A program made the position numbers and the translations under genes. Shown here one piece after another: positions 18,961 through 29,505 of a stretch of 64,000 bases of DNA (positions within the stretch are counted from its first letter, which is position 1; each line of letters begins with the position of its first letter). The DNA lies in the NCBI GenBank assembly GCA_000002435.2, contig CM018790.1; one strand, given 5' to 3'. The DNA is from Giardia intestinalis (Eukaryota). The notes below the pieces were generated by a model. It was not told the DNA's origin and did not search any database. It saw only the letters and a list, made by a program, of their open reading frames with translations.

Positions 18961-21150
18961 TTACTGCACACTAGACCTGTCATTTAGGGCTTTCAGCAAC
19001 GGATCTTGCAAAGATGTTGCAGATAGAAGCAGTGTTTCCCGGTCGTGAGAAAGCTTTGTAAGACAGAGGCGCTTTATAAAGCTGTCACAGAAATCGTTTC
19101 CTAGTGCAGAAAATTCAGAAACTAGCTGCTCCACGCTTTCTACCTGGTGAGAGGCTGCGACAGTCCTCAACGTCGCAATTAAAATATCCACACTGTTCTT
19201 TTGGCTTCTGGACAGAGTGGCGCTAATTGTGCTATATGTTTTCGAGGCTTCTAGCTTGCTGCTGGTAATAAAGGAAGGTGGAGGAGGCGTCTTGTAACCT
19301 GGCGGATCGCTTGAGTTGAAGCTCAATTTTCGAAGTTCGCTACGTGAGGAGGGTCCGGGACTGGTTAAGCTGTACTTATCTGTGCGATGCCTGGCAGAGA
19401 GGCTTACACTATCTGAAAAAGCGGGAGCGGGAGGAATGGCGGGGATCTGTGGGACCTGAGGAACCTTAAGTGCATCGGTGATTTGCGCACCAGGTATGTG
19501 AATTTGGGTTTTCTGACTGGGATCCTGTGAGAGGACTGAGTGTAGTTTAACGGCGGTAGTCGGTCTATTAACGGTATCCTTCAATGGGGTAGCATTAGAT
19601 AGATCTTTGTGAACTAGCTCTGACGGATGTATAGTCGGCGATGGCTCATTTGACTCATCAGTAGAAACTCGGGCACATCCACCCCCTTGCAAAGAGTCAG
19701 TGAAGCCATCAGCAACGCTTTGCAGGGGTAGGATAACATCTTGGCCGTTTATATCTTCTCCTGTAGCGCTTAGCTGGCCGACATTCTGCTCTAGGTGAGG
19801 TGGTGGTGGTGATGTTAATTTGGAATGTTGGGGAGAGTTCTCGGATGTGTCACTAGAAAAGCTCCAATCTTCTTGTTTCTTGGTCGGCTGAATCTTCTCG
19901 TGGTCTAATTGATTTAAATAGGGATCTTCTGGAGAGAATGTGACATTTATCTCGGAGCCCGCATTGGCTCTTGCCCGGGAAGCAGCAGCTTGTTTAACTG
20001 GAACAAATTCTTCCTCGGCAGAACCCTGTTCTTCGGGAAGCCAAATATAGCCCAGATCATCTTGTTTTGTTTGTATGGCAAAGGGGTCGTGTAAGCGATC
20101 CTGCTCTCGTCTATTGAAGTCACGAAAGTATTTCTCCATAATGGGGGCTAGAACATCGCGTGCAGAGACCTTCTGGATGGTTTTGAACCACTTGTGGGTC
20201 AAGAGCTTACTTGCAGGCCATCGATTAGTCTTGTCTCTGTCCAAACAGCAGGCAGCAAAGTCTCTGCACGTCTTGGAGATCTCAACCTTGTCATCAAACA
20301 GTGATGTGCTGGACGAATTTCTCGCTATTTCAATCATGGCCTTCGTGGGAGAGAGTTTGTGGTGAGGTGGGTGGCCAAAAATAAGCTCATAGAGGCAGAT
20401 TCCAACTGCCCAGATATCAGAAAAAGAATCGCACTCATTTTTGGTAATAGCCTCTGGGGAAAGCCAATAAGGTGTGCCAACAAACGAGCATCTTTTGGAC
20501 ATGGTCGAAGAAATTGTCGTCGAGACACCAAAATCGCAGAGCTTGATTCCCAATGATAAGGCAGCTGCAGAGTCAGAATTTGGCCGAGGAGAAAAAGAGC
20601 GAGCAATAGTCGAGATGTAACTTCCATGAGAGCTCCTCGGCCTGGAGGTTTCAGAAAAGAGACCTGGAGAAACAGGTTTGCCCAGTATTAAGTCAATTAG
20701 CCGCTTTGCCAAGCCATCAGGCTGCTGTGCCACGGTTGAAGACGTGCTGTCATCGGTCACAAGGATATTGGCACACTTTAAATCTCTGTGTATGACCTTG
20801 GATTCATGAAGATACGCAACCCCCTTAACCAAGTGGTACATAATGAAGCACGCAGTAGCTTCGTTGAGGGGTCCGACTATGCTCAGTATATCTGCCACAG
20901 AGCAGAGGCCAGCCTCCATGGCTATGTTCAAGGTGCTCTCTGTGCACCACGACCTATAGTAACGGATAGTGTAGTTAGACATCAACCTAGTCATGAGGGT
21001 AACCTCTTTCTGGACCACATCCAGCTCTGAAAGTGACTGCTCTAAATCTACTGTCTTGATAGCCACGTAGGTCATTGTCTTTTCATCTAGCGCCAAGTAC
21101 ACTGAACCGAAGCCACCGGAACCCAGTATCTTTAGTAGCTTGTATCCCAT
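18961..21150 (-). CDS. STE20-like serine/threonine protein kinase (active)
   Basis: GSGGFGSVYLA glycine loop, VAIK lysine, HRDLKCANIL catalytic loop, DFG, and the STE20-type GTPYWLSPE activation segment. The ORF-track start at 21384 adds 78 implausible hydrophobic residues and overlaps the divergent RanBP1 gene. The first ATG, in the context ttgttaacaacccgATGgga, is at 21150. Confidence 0.8.
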   Translation of the reverse strand: MGYKLLKILGSGGFGSVYLALDEKTMTYVAIKTVDLEQSLSELDVVQKEVTLMTRLMSNYTIRYYRSWCTESTLNIAMEAGLCSVADILSIVGPLNEATACFIMYHLVKGVAYLHESKVIHRDLKCANILVTDDSTSSTVAQQPDGLAKRLIDLILGKPVSPGLFSETSRPRSSHGSYISTIARSFSPRPNSDSAAALSLGIKLCDFGVSTTISSTMSKRCSFVGTPYWLSPEAITKNECDSFSDIWAVGICLYELIFGHPPHHKLSPTKAMIEIARNSSSTSLFDDKVEISKTCRDFAACCLDRDKTNRWPASKLLTHKWFKTIQKVSARDVLAPIMEKYFRDFNRREQDRLHDPFAIQTKQDDLGYIWLPEEQGSAEEEFVPVKQAAASRARANAGSEINVTFSPEDPYLNQLDHEKIQPTKKQEDWSFSSDTSENSPQHSKLTSPPPPHLEQNVGQLSATGEDINGQDVILPLQSVADGFTDSLQGGGCARVSTDESNEPSPTIHPSELVHKDLSNATPLKDTVNRPTTAVKLHSVLSQDPSQKTQIHIPGAQITDALKVPQVPQIPAIPPAPAFSDSVSLSARHRTDKYSLTSPGPSSRSELRKLSFNSSDPPGYKTPPPPSFITSSKLEASKTYSTISATLSRSQKNSVDILIATLRTVAASHQVESVEQLVSEFSALGNDFCDSFIKRLCLTKLSHDRETLLLSATSLQDPLLKALNDRSSVQ

Positions 21151-21210
21151 CGGGTTGTTAACAAATTTTGCCAGCAGAGTGAAATTGGATAACGAAAAAA
21201 CTCGCAATTG

Positions 21211-21711
21211 ATGACAAGCGAACCTACCCAGGAAGTAACCAAATGTGGTCCAAATGAAAAGGACTACTTCCGCATCAGAGCAAAGGTATACCGTTTTGCA
21301 GATGACGAATGGAAGGAGCGTGGTCAAGGTGAGGTCTTGATCGCGGAGGATCCCAAAGAGAAGAAATACAGGCTTCTTCTCCATCGAGATCAGACCCTAA
21401 AGTGCGCAGTGAACCTCCCCTTGATTGAGGGCGTGGCAGTGAAGCCGCTCGGAAACTCTGACAAAGCTGTTACTGTTGCCGGTCTCGACTTTTCAGACAA
21501 CGAGAAGAAACAAACCGTTTTTGCAGTCAAGTTTACCGAGGCATGGATGTGCAAGAACTTTCAAACTGCTGTAGAGCATGCCCTGGCGGGGAAAGAGTTG
21601 ACCGAGGCCGATCTGATCAAAAAGCCTGACTCCGAAGAACCCAAGAATGATAAACCTGCTGAGGCGAAAGCTTCTGAAAAAGATGTTGAAGAAGTGGGTG
21701 ACAAAAAGTGA
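21211..21711 (+). CDS. RANBP1: Ran-binding protein 1 (RanBD domain) homolog
   Basis: FRIRAKVYRF...EWKERGQGEVLI...YRLLLHRDQTLKCAVN...FAVKFTEAWMCKNFQTAVEHA matches the RanBD signature. The ATG is at 21211 after aacgaaaaaactcgcaattg. The stop is embedded in AGTGAAC (21707-21713). Confidence 0.8.
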   Translation: MTSEPTQEVTKCGPNEKDYFRIRAKVYRFADDEWKERGQGEVLIAEDPKEKKYRLLLHRDQTLKCAVNLPLIEGVAVKPLGNSDKAVTVAGLDFSDNEKKQTVFAVKFTEAWMCKNFQTAVEHALAGKELTEADLIKKPDSEEPKNDKPAEAKASEKDVEEVGDKK

Positions 21712-21713
21712 AC
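21707..21713 (+). promoter_or_regulatory. Giardia-type polyadenylation signal AGTGAAC overlapping the RanBP1 stop codon
   Basis: AGTPuAAPy consensus, with the TGA stop at 21709-21711 inside it. Confidence 0.55.
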
Positions 21714-21922
21714 CTAAAGGCTACTGTTTTGAGGGTTTACCCAGGCACTTATTCGCGTCCAGAGCGCAGAGTAGCTCCAGCCACGTTTCCTGTTCAGGGA
21801 CCCAGAGTTTCTAAAGTCATCAAGGTGCTCGTAGACGTGTTGCTCTGTCAGACGAAGAACGAGGAGTGCTTCCTCATACTGGTGGACCAGCGTATCTGCA
21901 AGTTGACGGTGCCGGGGGTGTA

Positions 21923-22908
21923 CTGCGGCATAGAGCTCTGCGAGGCGGGGCGCCAGGGGGACGCGCGGCCGAGGCATGTATCTCGACAAATTTACTGCCC
22001 GGGCCTACTTGACCTTGGTGTACTCCCCCTTGTAGTAATACTGGCAGATGCACCGGACGGCCAGAAGATTCTGCTGTCTATTAAACGACGCATCGAATTG
22101 CCGGTCAGAGTAGATGTATAGCTTTTAGCTTGCACCCACGCGAGAGCTCATCCCAAGGACGCCAAGCGCAGTGCCTGCACCAGTCGAAAGACCATTATAA
22201 CTAGGACAGGATCGTAGCAGCAACCTTTCAGGGACGCGCTGATTGCAAACGGATCGGTAGCGTCGAGATTCCGAAGCTTTGAGAGAATGACATGAAGTGC
22301 AGTGGAGTGGCTCTCACAGCCAAAGCAGCTTGCTGGGCAGAATTGTTCTCCCTTCCGACCTTCAGTGTCGGGGGAAAACGGAACGGCACACGCACGAGTG
22401 GTGAAGTTTCCTGCTCCGAGCATGCCTTCTGTTATGCAAAACGTTCGCAGTGAAAGACCGTTGTTCTGGAGAGCAGAGTAAAAGTCGCACGTGACTGTAT
22501 CGTACGGCTTCGTCTGAGTCACCCGAGGTTCCAGGAAGTAGTTCTGCTCTTCAGCCTGATCATCTTCTTCTACCACCTTCTTAGAGCGTTTTCCTTTCTT
22601 TCCTTTTTTGTGCTTCGCGTTGTACTTTTCGATGTCTTCCACTGCTTTAGTATATTCGGGCGGGTGAGGCTTTGGCGCCGGCTCCTTGATCAGGCCGTAG
22701 ATGGTCTTCGAAAACTCGTGGAGGGTCATGCCCTTGGAAATGAGATTTGTCAGGGCTTGGTCCCGGACGTCGCTTGTCTGTGAGAGTAACTCGGCACGCT
22801 CGTCGCTGGTCATGTAGGCTGTAGAAACAGGCCTTACGGCAAACACCGACGAAACGTCGATCATGCCGCCTTGGCCGTCGTCCACGAGCACGGGGGGCGC
22901 GGGCTTTC
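21923..22908. repeat. IR2 left arm (~986 bp): inverted-repeat copy covering the last 247 codons and ~225 bp 3' flank of the 2423-aa gene
   Basis: The reverse complement matches 31519..32504 through both edges as far as I read. Encoded amino acids are identical over 247 residues. Boundaries found by where the reverse complement stops matching (ctgcggca... / ...gggctttc). Confidence 0.85.
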
Positions 22909-25900
22909 CACGAGCGCTGGCAGCAGATTTTGGAGTGGTGAGAGATAGAACGCTTCCTGCTGAAGAAGTCTGCCTGTCGTTCAAAGAATTAGTAGAGGAC
23001 GACGGGGGTAAAGTCATGTCCACGGCAGAAACACTGCATCCCACTACAAAGCATGCAGAATGGTCATATGAAACAGCCTGAATCGGAAAAATGCTCTTCA
23101 AGTATTCGCTCATATATACCTTCAAGTCCGCTACTGCGTTTGCACGGATGTCTACAGTAAGCTTGGTAAACCCGTAGGTGCCTGGGCCGAGAGGTTCCGG
23201 CATTCCCTTTTCAATCTTCTGTTCAACCTTCTTCGGGGGAGGAACAGTTGATCCAGGCTTTTTAGCTTCTTGTTCTAGTCTTTTCTTCTCAGCACGTTCT
23301 CTCTTCCTCTCAGCCTTCTCGTGCTCACGAAGCTCTAGTTCTGAAAGCCAGCCCCTGCTCCTCTTCAGTGACTCGACAAACTTCTCCTCTGTGATCTGGA
23401 ACTGGTTTTGCGGTGGAGGAAGAATTGGCTCATTGGGGAGGCGTCTGTTCCAGGGGCTCGCTCCTATAACCTGAACCAGAGGCATAGTTGAGGCAGAAAG
23501 GTTAACGCATGATAAGACAGCGAGTTGCCGCGCCATCTCTACATCGATATTTCGGTTCTTTGGGCGTAGATTTGCCTGTAGAATATCATGGTCCGATGTG
23601 TGCGAAAGGAAGATTCCAGATCGCGTCAAGGCCGAGAATAGCTCTGTTGTGGAGGGGAAGATCACGTTTCTAAACGCACGCGGGCATCGTATGTGCGCAT
23701 GTGCTTCAAACGTCGACTTGGCCACGGCCAGCTCTGCTGCCTGCCGGGCACGTGCAGCTGCTCCCTTGGTGCGGCTGATATTGCCTAATGATTGCGACAT
23801 TGTCTGAGTAGTTGTAAGGTGGGATATGTTCAGTACGGAGCATAGCTGTTGCTGGGGCAAGTAGTCATTGGCTCGTAAGTTATCGACAAAGTTTGTAAAC
23901 CCTGGGATCTCGGTAAATCCTACTATCTCGTAGCCCTCCGGTAGAATACGTAGATAAAGCAGGATACCGGATGGTAGTGCCAACTTCATCAGCACCGAGT
24001 GCACTACAACACCCGATTGCTTATAAAGGCGGATAGAACGTTCTGTCAATTTTGGCACTGGAATCTTATTGCCAGTTGCTCCCTGGTGGTAGTACGTAAC
24101 CCTTCCTCTGCTGGCAACGTTACTGATGGATGTTAACTGAGCATTCTTGGAGTTCTGTCCATTTTGAGAGGTGATCGAGGCCATAGGACCACGTGCATTC
24201 GATTTTCTGGTATCCATTAAGTCATCACAGTATGAATTACTCAGTCCTGTTTTTGTCAGACTGGCACCGCTTTCAAGCATGCCCGTGGTCGGGTCGTAAA
24301 TATAATTTCCAAGCAAGTCAGCGCATTCATCTATGTTAAGATTGTCCCCTCGGTCTAAGCACGGAGTGAGGCTCCAAGCACGATAGGGAAGTGATGAATA
24401 TTTCAGGGCAACGATTGAAAGGGGGCCTGTTTTCAGCAACTTCACAACAACAGTCCTCTTCTCGGGCTTATAGACGACAGACTGTATGCCATCGACATCC
24501 CATGAATTAATAGCGATATTCCATATGCCAACAAAATACACCCCAAGTAAAGAAGTCTGATCATGTGACAGCATAGCTTTCTGAAGGCTATAGACTGCCT
24601 CTTCTGCAGTAAGAATGCGCGCAACATACAGCTCCGGAGGGAGAACAAACTCAAGTGTTATGGGCTCTATTTGCTCCTTTTGTGGTTCGGGACCACCTGG
24701 TAAAGCCCCTGGAAGTGCATTTGCTGGTGCAGGATCCGACTGTGCTTGGTCGCCTTCTTCCGGTTTGGGGTCCTGGGGCTGTCTATCCCCTTGCTGATCA
24801 TCTCCTGGAGCACTTGGATCTGGATGTTCATCGTCTACATTAAGCGTCTCTTCTAGCTCACCATTTTCATCCAACAGTTCCTTAGTGAGCGTTGACTGAG
24901 TATAGTTAAAGATGTTTGGTATCCAGCTCCATAGAGTCACAGAATCAAATGCCAGGAGAGCAGCTCGCTCTTTAGCAATCTCAGAGCAGCGGAGGATGGT
25001 GCATCCAGGATAAATAGGAATAATTTGCGTGGTTATTGGGTATGGAAGATGCTCGACGTACGTCAGAGTAAAGATCAGATCGCGAGTGTTTGTCTGCCGC
25101 TTTTTGTTGCGCGGCTTCTTCTGCCCGTCCCGCACAGGTGAAGAGGCGTCGTCATCCACCTCGCCGATTGAGTCATCAAATCGAAAATGTGTATCAGCAT
25201 AATCACGATCAACTGTGTTAGAGACAAGGCGTCTTTCAAGAGAGATAGGCTGGTAGCGCTCTGCATGTGTGGCAACAAACTGTGTGTCATTCTCAGGCAT
25301 GGCCTTGTAGTTTAAGTTTTGTGCTACGTCTGTAAGAAAATCGTGATCTAAGCCGTCTGTCAGCTTAGCTTGATGAGCCTCTTCAACGCTCGTGTGAGTT
25401 AGTGGTAGAACTAGCCAATTATTCGCTTCTGTCAACTGGGGCGGAATACGAATGATGTTAAGGAAGTACATCTCTCCGACAGGAAGTAACTCTGGAATAA
25501 GAGGAGTGTCAGGGGGATCTTCAAAAGCAGCGTCATAGTCGTCCTGAATCCTGTCAGAGGACATTTGGCGTACAATCCTCTCCTTCTTCTTTAGTTCTTC
25601 CTCCGAGAGTTCGTCCTCTTCCAATATGTGCTGCCTGGTAGTAGAGTGATGGACGTTCCGCGACTGGGCCCTGGACTTCTTAAGTACTATCTCAGCACAT
25701 TCAGAGTCGGTGAGATCGGTTTCACTAGATGACATGTCATCTGGGGATGTTATTTTTGCCAGCATGTCCTTCACTGTTTCATCCATGGTTGGAAATGCCG
25801 TTTTGTCTAGCTTGGGACCCTTCTTTGAAGCGGTGTTCGGTCTTGATCCTTCGGCCTCGGGGACAAAAACGGCTGGAAGCAGGCTATTGTTCTTCTCCCA

Positions 25901-28900
25901 ATGCAAAATGTCATCTCGTGTGACCATTTCTATTAGAGACGGCCGCTCATCGGCCTTTCCCTTGTCCTTCTTTCCCTTCTTTCCTCGCTTCTTAGCTGCT
26001 TCTGAGATAAGGATCTCTTCTTCGACTATCTTAACGATAAGGTGCCGCATAAGGCAGTTATTTCGCTCATCCTCTGAGATGAGGAGCTCTAACATGCAGA
26101 TATTACGGACGATGAGGTTGATGCAATTTATCTTGAAGAGGTAGGCGATGTTAGTGAGACACATGTCTTTGAGTGTTTCAAGTAGGTTAGTGTGGATGAT
26201 CTTATATAGAGCATGAAGCTTCTGTTTGTGTCCAACTAATGTGCGTATATTAATATGCGTGATTGCTTTCTCTAGCAGTTCCGGGGGGATTGCTAGGTTG
26301 TAGACAGCCAGTGCTTTGTTGAGATCGAACCCCAGCTCTGTAAGCATGGAAAGAGTGTCGGTCATCCACAGATCACTAGAAGCCGTCTCGGTTTCAATGT
26401 AATTGAGCTGACTCTGCTGTGGAACAATTATTTTCGAGATGTACGTGTCAATACAGAATGAAACAATATCTGGATACGCAACGTGTGCAAGAGATGACAT
26501 TGCAGGTCGGTTTTTGTTTAGCTTGGCAGTTTTGGAAAATTCGTACATTCTAAGATTGCGATTGTCAACATACTTCTGAAGCGACATGTATGAGAGCCCC
26601 TCTGCTTTATATCCAACTAGATCAATAGGTGTTACACAAAGCCGCACAGCGACATTGGAGAGGCAGAGACTGTTAGGAAGAACCAGCTTCAAAGCAGGTG
26701 TAAAGCGGACGTTCCTAAAGCGAGGATTCTTTGCTGTATTAATCCAGACATGAAGGGCATGATTCAGGGGCTTCTTCTCCATAAAATTCAGCCTCTTGCC
26801 AAAGTAATAAAGGTACTTATTCACGAGTTCGACAGTTAGCATATTACTACTGAGTGGCTCTAACGCATGCCTAGTAGAACCATGAGACATCGCTTGTAGA
26901 CTTGGGGTAACATTCTTCCTCGTCGTTGACTGGGATTCCTTGTCACCTCTTTCTGTGCTGCTCAGTTGGGCTGCTCTAAACCCACCATCACGAGATTTAG
27001 AAAGCTTGTCCCTAGCAGCAATGCTCTCCCGTGAAACAACCCTACTATTGGGAGTAGAAGTCTCACCAGCCTGCTCTTTCGGAGCTGTCAGATTACTTGC
27101 AACATTCTTCTGAGATGTGCTACTCGTAGGACGGCTTGATGATTTAAGACTTCCGGCAATAGTCGGTCCCAGCTTGATATCGCACGGAGATGCGTTGTCT
27201 GATGCTCTTGTCGGCTCCGCGTCTATCATAGTGCTGCGACAGCCGATATACCTAGTATTGGACGGATCTAAAACGGAAAGGGGTATCGTGCTAATAAACG
27301 TTTCGTCATGCTTAATATCACGCTTTGAGATCTGGGAGAGAATCAGAGGAACATATGGCCCGTGTGCGTTTGCTCTGTTTTGATGGATAATGTCAGTGTT
27401 GGTTATCTTCTTGACAACACCGTCAAAATTAAGCGTCATCTGGTCTTTTGTCCTTGTTGAAGCCTTGCTTCCAGGATGCATCTGGAGAGGAGAATCACTT
27501 GGCGCATTCTCCTGCTCCTGAAGCTTGGCGGCTATGGCGGCGTTATGCGCTTCCAATGCAGAGAGTGAGATCCCACCCTTCGCCTTACTCGGCTTTGGAG
27601 CAGCTTCCTTTATATCGGGATCAAGAATATTATCCCGGTCAGACACGTTGGAGTCCAGATCTTCTGACGCCTTATCTGTTCTGGTATCCGACGACTCTGA
27701 CTCTCCTATATCATCGTACTCCTCGAGAGAGAAGAGATCAGCAGGAGCAGACAGCTTGATCGGCTCAGCTGTCGGCGGGAGGTAGTCATCAGAGTGATCA
27801 AGAAGATACTTGGAGCACATATCGTGCAGTGTAAAGAGAATTGAGCGAAGCTGAACACGCTGGGCTTGAAGCGTAGCTATGTGCGCCAGTTTCTCAAGCT
27901 GGCTTCTTGGGATATATTGCTGATTTTGCATAGTTCGTAAGAGGAGCGTGGGCGTGGTTATGTATGTCATATATTGATCATATTTTGTCGCGTTTTTAAT
28001 ATCTATACCCTTGTCTAGCTGTGCATCAAACTGGACACCGCCCTGGGAAATTTGACCTCCCGGCAAGGGTGAAGTAGACCCAGAAGACGAGCTTCTAATA
28101 CGAGCTGCAGATGTATCAGTCGTTGTTATTGTCCCACTCTTCATACGGGAAAATCCTCTCTTCTCTTTTTCTGTGAGATTCGGCGGAACGCTGGCCGGAG
28201 TCGGATTAGGAGGCAGAACCCCACAGCTAATCGAGTCAAAATTATAGATTCTGTTATCGCTATACATGATGAAGGACTTGACTTGCTCGTCTGGAAACTC
28301 CTGCTCAGCAACAGCTTCTTGGGTTTTGCCCTTCTTCTTTCCTTTTCCTTGCTTGCCAGCCTCATCACTAGGAGACGCTGTGCGTGTCTTATCCCCGCCT
28401 GGAGATTTCTCCGCCGCCTGTTGTATCTTCTTGGCTGACTGGGCGCGACTTAAATCACCTTGAGCACGTCGTCCCACTGTTATGGGCCTTATGTATGTCT
28501 TTCTGAGGGTAGCATCAACGATATCTGGGAGCGATTGCTTTGGCTGAAAAATAGGTCTAGCAATCAGAGGATTTTGAGGATCATAAAGAGTCGGATCGCA
28601 CAGCTCTTGCTGGGCAGTTTGATCTGTTCCACGATTGCCAGGTACATCTGTCAAAATCAAAGGAATGTCACTCTCATTCGCAGCGTGTTCCTCCTGAGAC
28701 AGTAAAGAGGTGGGGATCAAAGATGGGCTGTCTTGGTGAGCAAGATGGGGCCCAGGACCATCGTGGTCTGGCCTATGGTCCCCATCTTCCAGGGTGCGTG
28801 CCGGCTGATGTTCGCCTAGGTCGTGTGCTGCGTCTTCCTTTCGAAGTTGAGACATTCCAAAATCAGGACTATGTCTAATAGTCTTCTCTAGAGAGGCCAG

Positions 28901-29419
28901 GACATTAGAAACTTCACAGGCGATTGCAACGTAGATGTCAAAAAGTGTCGCTTTGTCCTCGATAAAGCGACGTACTGATGAAATGCCGGAGAGGTTTTGC
29001 CGGAGCGAGTGCGTCGTACTATCGGGGTGTATGTGCTTCAAAAGCAGCTCGACCTCTGCGATCAGTATCTCTGTTTGGGCCAGCACGCTTTTCTCAGTGG
29101 AGTTTTTCCCAAGATAAATTTGCCAATTGCGTTCTTGCTCTATTTCTAGCATGTCATCTGCGGCCTGCATCCCACAGGTCTGTAGAAGGTTGAGCATTTC
29201 ATGAGACTCGGCAGCTATCCGCTCCTTTTCCAGGTTATCTGCTTTTTGGATGAAAAGACACACATGATTCCAATATTCAAGAAGCATGTCGCGAATTACC
29301 TGATATCGCTTGAACTCTTCCCGATATATAATCATTTCTTGGCGTTGCTTTTCCTCAAGCGCCTTATTGTACGCCTTTAGCTCTTGCTCCTCGGCAGGGT
29401 CCTTGGGCGGCATTGCCAA
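22148..29419 (-). CDS. very large hypothetical protein (2423 aa), acidic/low-complexity regions, Cys-rich C-terminal module
   Basis: Uninterrupted 7.3 kb ORF. The C-terminal module (CPASCFGCESH...CCYDP) is the part duplicated in IR2. No confident family assignment. Confidence 0.7.
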   Translation of the reverse strand: MAMPPKDPAEEQELKAYNKALEEKQRQEMIIYREEFKRYQVIRDMLLEYWNHVCLFIQKADNLEKERIAAESHEMLNLLQTCGMQAADDMLEIEQERNWQIYLGKNSTEKSVLAQTEILIAEVELLLKHIHPDSTTHSLRQNLSGISSVRRFIEDKATLFDIYVAIACEVSNVLASLEKTIRHSPDFGMSQLRKEDAAHDLGEHQPARTLEDGDHRPDHDGPGPHLAHQDSPSLIPTSLLSQEEHAANESDIPLILTDVPGNRGTDQTAQQELCDPTLYDPQNPLIARPIFQPKQSLPDIVDATLRKTYIRPITVGRRAQGDLSRAQSAKKIQQAAEKSPGGDKTRTASPSDEAGKQGKGKKKGKTQEAVAEQEFPDEQVKSFIMYSDNRIYNFDSISCGVLPPNPTPASVPPNLTEKEKRGFSRMKSGTITTTDTSAARIRSSSSGSTSPLPGGQISQGGVQFDAQLDKGIDIKNATKYDQYMTYITTPTLLLRTMQNQQYIPRSQLEKLAHIATLQAQRVQLRSILFTLHDMCSKYLLDHSDDYLPPTAEPIKLSAPADLFSLEEYDDIGESESSDTRTDKASEDLDSNVSDRDNILDPDIKEAAPKPSKAKGGISLSALEAHNAAIAAKLQEQENAPSDSPLQMHPGSKASTRTKDQMTLNFDGVVKKITNTDIIHQNRANAHGPYVPLILSQISKRDIKHDETFISTIPLSVLDPSNTRYIGCRSTMIDAEPTRASDNASPCDIKLGPTIAGSLKSSSRPTSSTSQKNVASNLTAPKEQAGETSTPNSRVVSRESIAARDKLSKSRDGGFRAAQLSSTERGDKESQSTTRKNVTPSLQAMSHGSTRHALEPLSSNMLTVELVNKYLYYFGKRLNFMEKKPLNHALHVWINTAKNPRFRNVRFTPALKLVLPNSLCLSNVAVRLCVTPIDLVGYKAEGLSYMSLQKYVDNRNLRMYEFSKTAKLNKNRPAMSSLAHVAYPDIVSFCIDTYISKIIVPQQSQLNYIETETASSDLWMTDTLSMLTELGFDLNKALAVYNLAIPPELLEKAITHINIRTLVGHKQKLHALYKIIHTNLLETLKDMCLTNIAYLFKINCINLIVRNICMLELLISEDERNNCLMRHLIVKIVEEEILISEAAKKRGKKGKKDKGKADERPSLIEMVTRDDILHWEKNNSLLPAVFVPEAEGSRPNTASKKGPKLDKTAFPTMDETVKDMLAKITSPDDMSSSETDLTDSECAEIVLKKSRAQSRNVHHSTTRQHILEEDELSEEELKKKERIVRQMSSDRIQDDYDAAFEDPPDTPLIPELLPVGEMYFLNIIRIPPQLTEANNWLVLPLTHTSVEEAHQAKLTDGLDHDFLTDVAQNLNYKAMPENDTQFVATHAERYQPISLERRLVSNTVDRDYADTHFRFDDSIGEVDDDASSPVRDGQKKPRNKKRQTNTRDLIFTLTYVEHLPYPITTQIIPIYPGCTILRCSEIAKERAALLAFDSVTLWSWIPNIFNYTQSTLTKELLDENGELEETLNVDDEHPDPSAPGDDQQGDRQPQDPKPEEGDQAQSDPAPANALPGALPGGPEPQKEQIEPITLEFVLPPELYVARILTAEEAVYSLQKAMLSHDQTSLLGVYFVGIWNIAINSWDVDGIQSVVYKPEKRTVVVKLLKTGPLSIVALKYSSLPYRAWSLTPCLDRGDNLNIDECADLLGNYIYDPTTGMLESGASLTKTGLSNSYCDDLMDTRKSNARGPMASITSQNGQNSKNAQLTSISNVASRGRVTYYHQGATGNKIPVPKLTERSIRLYKQSGVVVHSVLMKLALPSGILLYLRILPEGYEIVGFTEIPGFTNFVDNLRANDYLPQQQLCSVLNISHLTTTQTMSQSLGNISRTKGAAARARQAAELAVAKSTFEAHAHIRCPRAFRNVIFPSTTELFSALTRSGIFLSHTSDHDILQANLRPKNRNIDVEMARQLAVLSCVNLSASTMPLVQVIGASPWNRRLPNEPILPPPQNQFQITEEKFVESLKRSRGWLSELELREHEKAERKRERAEKKRLEQEAKKPGSTVPPPKKVEQKIEKGMPEPLGPGTYGFTKLTVDIRANAVADLKVYMSEYLKSIFPIQAVSYDHSACFVVGCSVSAVDMTLPPSSSTNSLNDRQTSSAGSVLSLTTPKSAASARGKPAPPVLVDDGQGGMIDVSSVFAVRPVSTAYMTSDERAELLSQTSDVRDQALTNLISKGMTLHEFSKTIYGLIKEPAPKPHPPEYTKAVEDIEKYNAKHKKGKKGKRSKKVVEEDDQAEEQNYFLEPRVTQTKPYDTVTCDFYSALQNNGLSLRTFCITEGMLGAGNFTTRACAVPFSPDTEGRKGEQFCPASCFGCESHSTALHVILSKLRNLDATDPFAISASLKGCCYDPVLVIMVFRLVQALRLASLG

Positions 29420-29505
29420 TCAGATTTTGTTTTTTGATGGATCTTAAGAAAACCCAGGCGCTAACGTTTACAGATGGGTAAAACGAAGACAACTAGCTAA
29501 CTTAA

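Noticed and set aside
21153-21384. N-terminal 78-aa extension of the 807-aa kinase ORF
   Set aside because: Hydrophobic, non-protein-like sequence that overlaps the RanBP1 gene on the other strand. The kinase domain begins at the internal ATG, which has a proper AT-rich context.
21708-22121. 137-aa plus ORF and 91-aa minus ORF inside the IR2 left arm (mirrored at 32306..32649)
   Set aside because: Both start with non-ATG codons (GTG/TTG), are GC-rich Arg/Pro-rich translations of the 3' flank of the giant gene, and have no recognisable family. A minus-strand fragment (KLYIYSDRQFDAS...) faintly resembled a CKS N-terminus, but it has no start codon, no credible splice signals and poor overall match.
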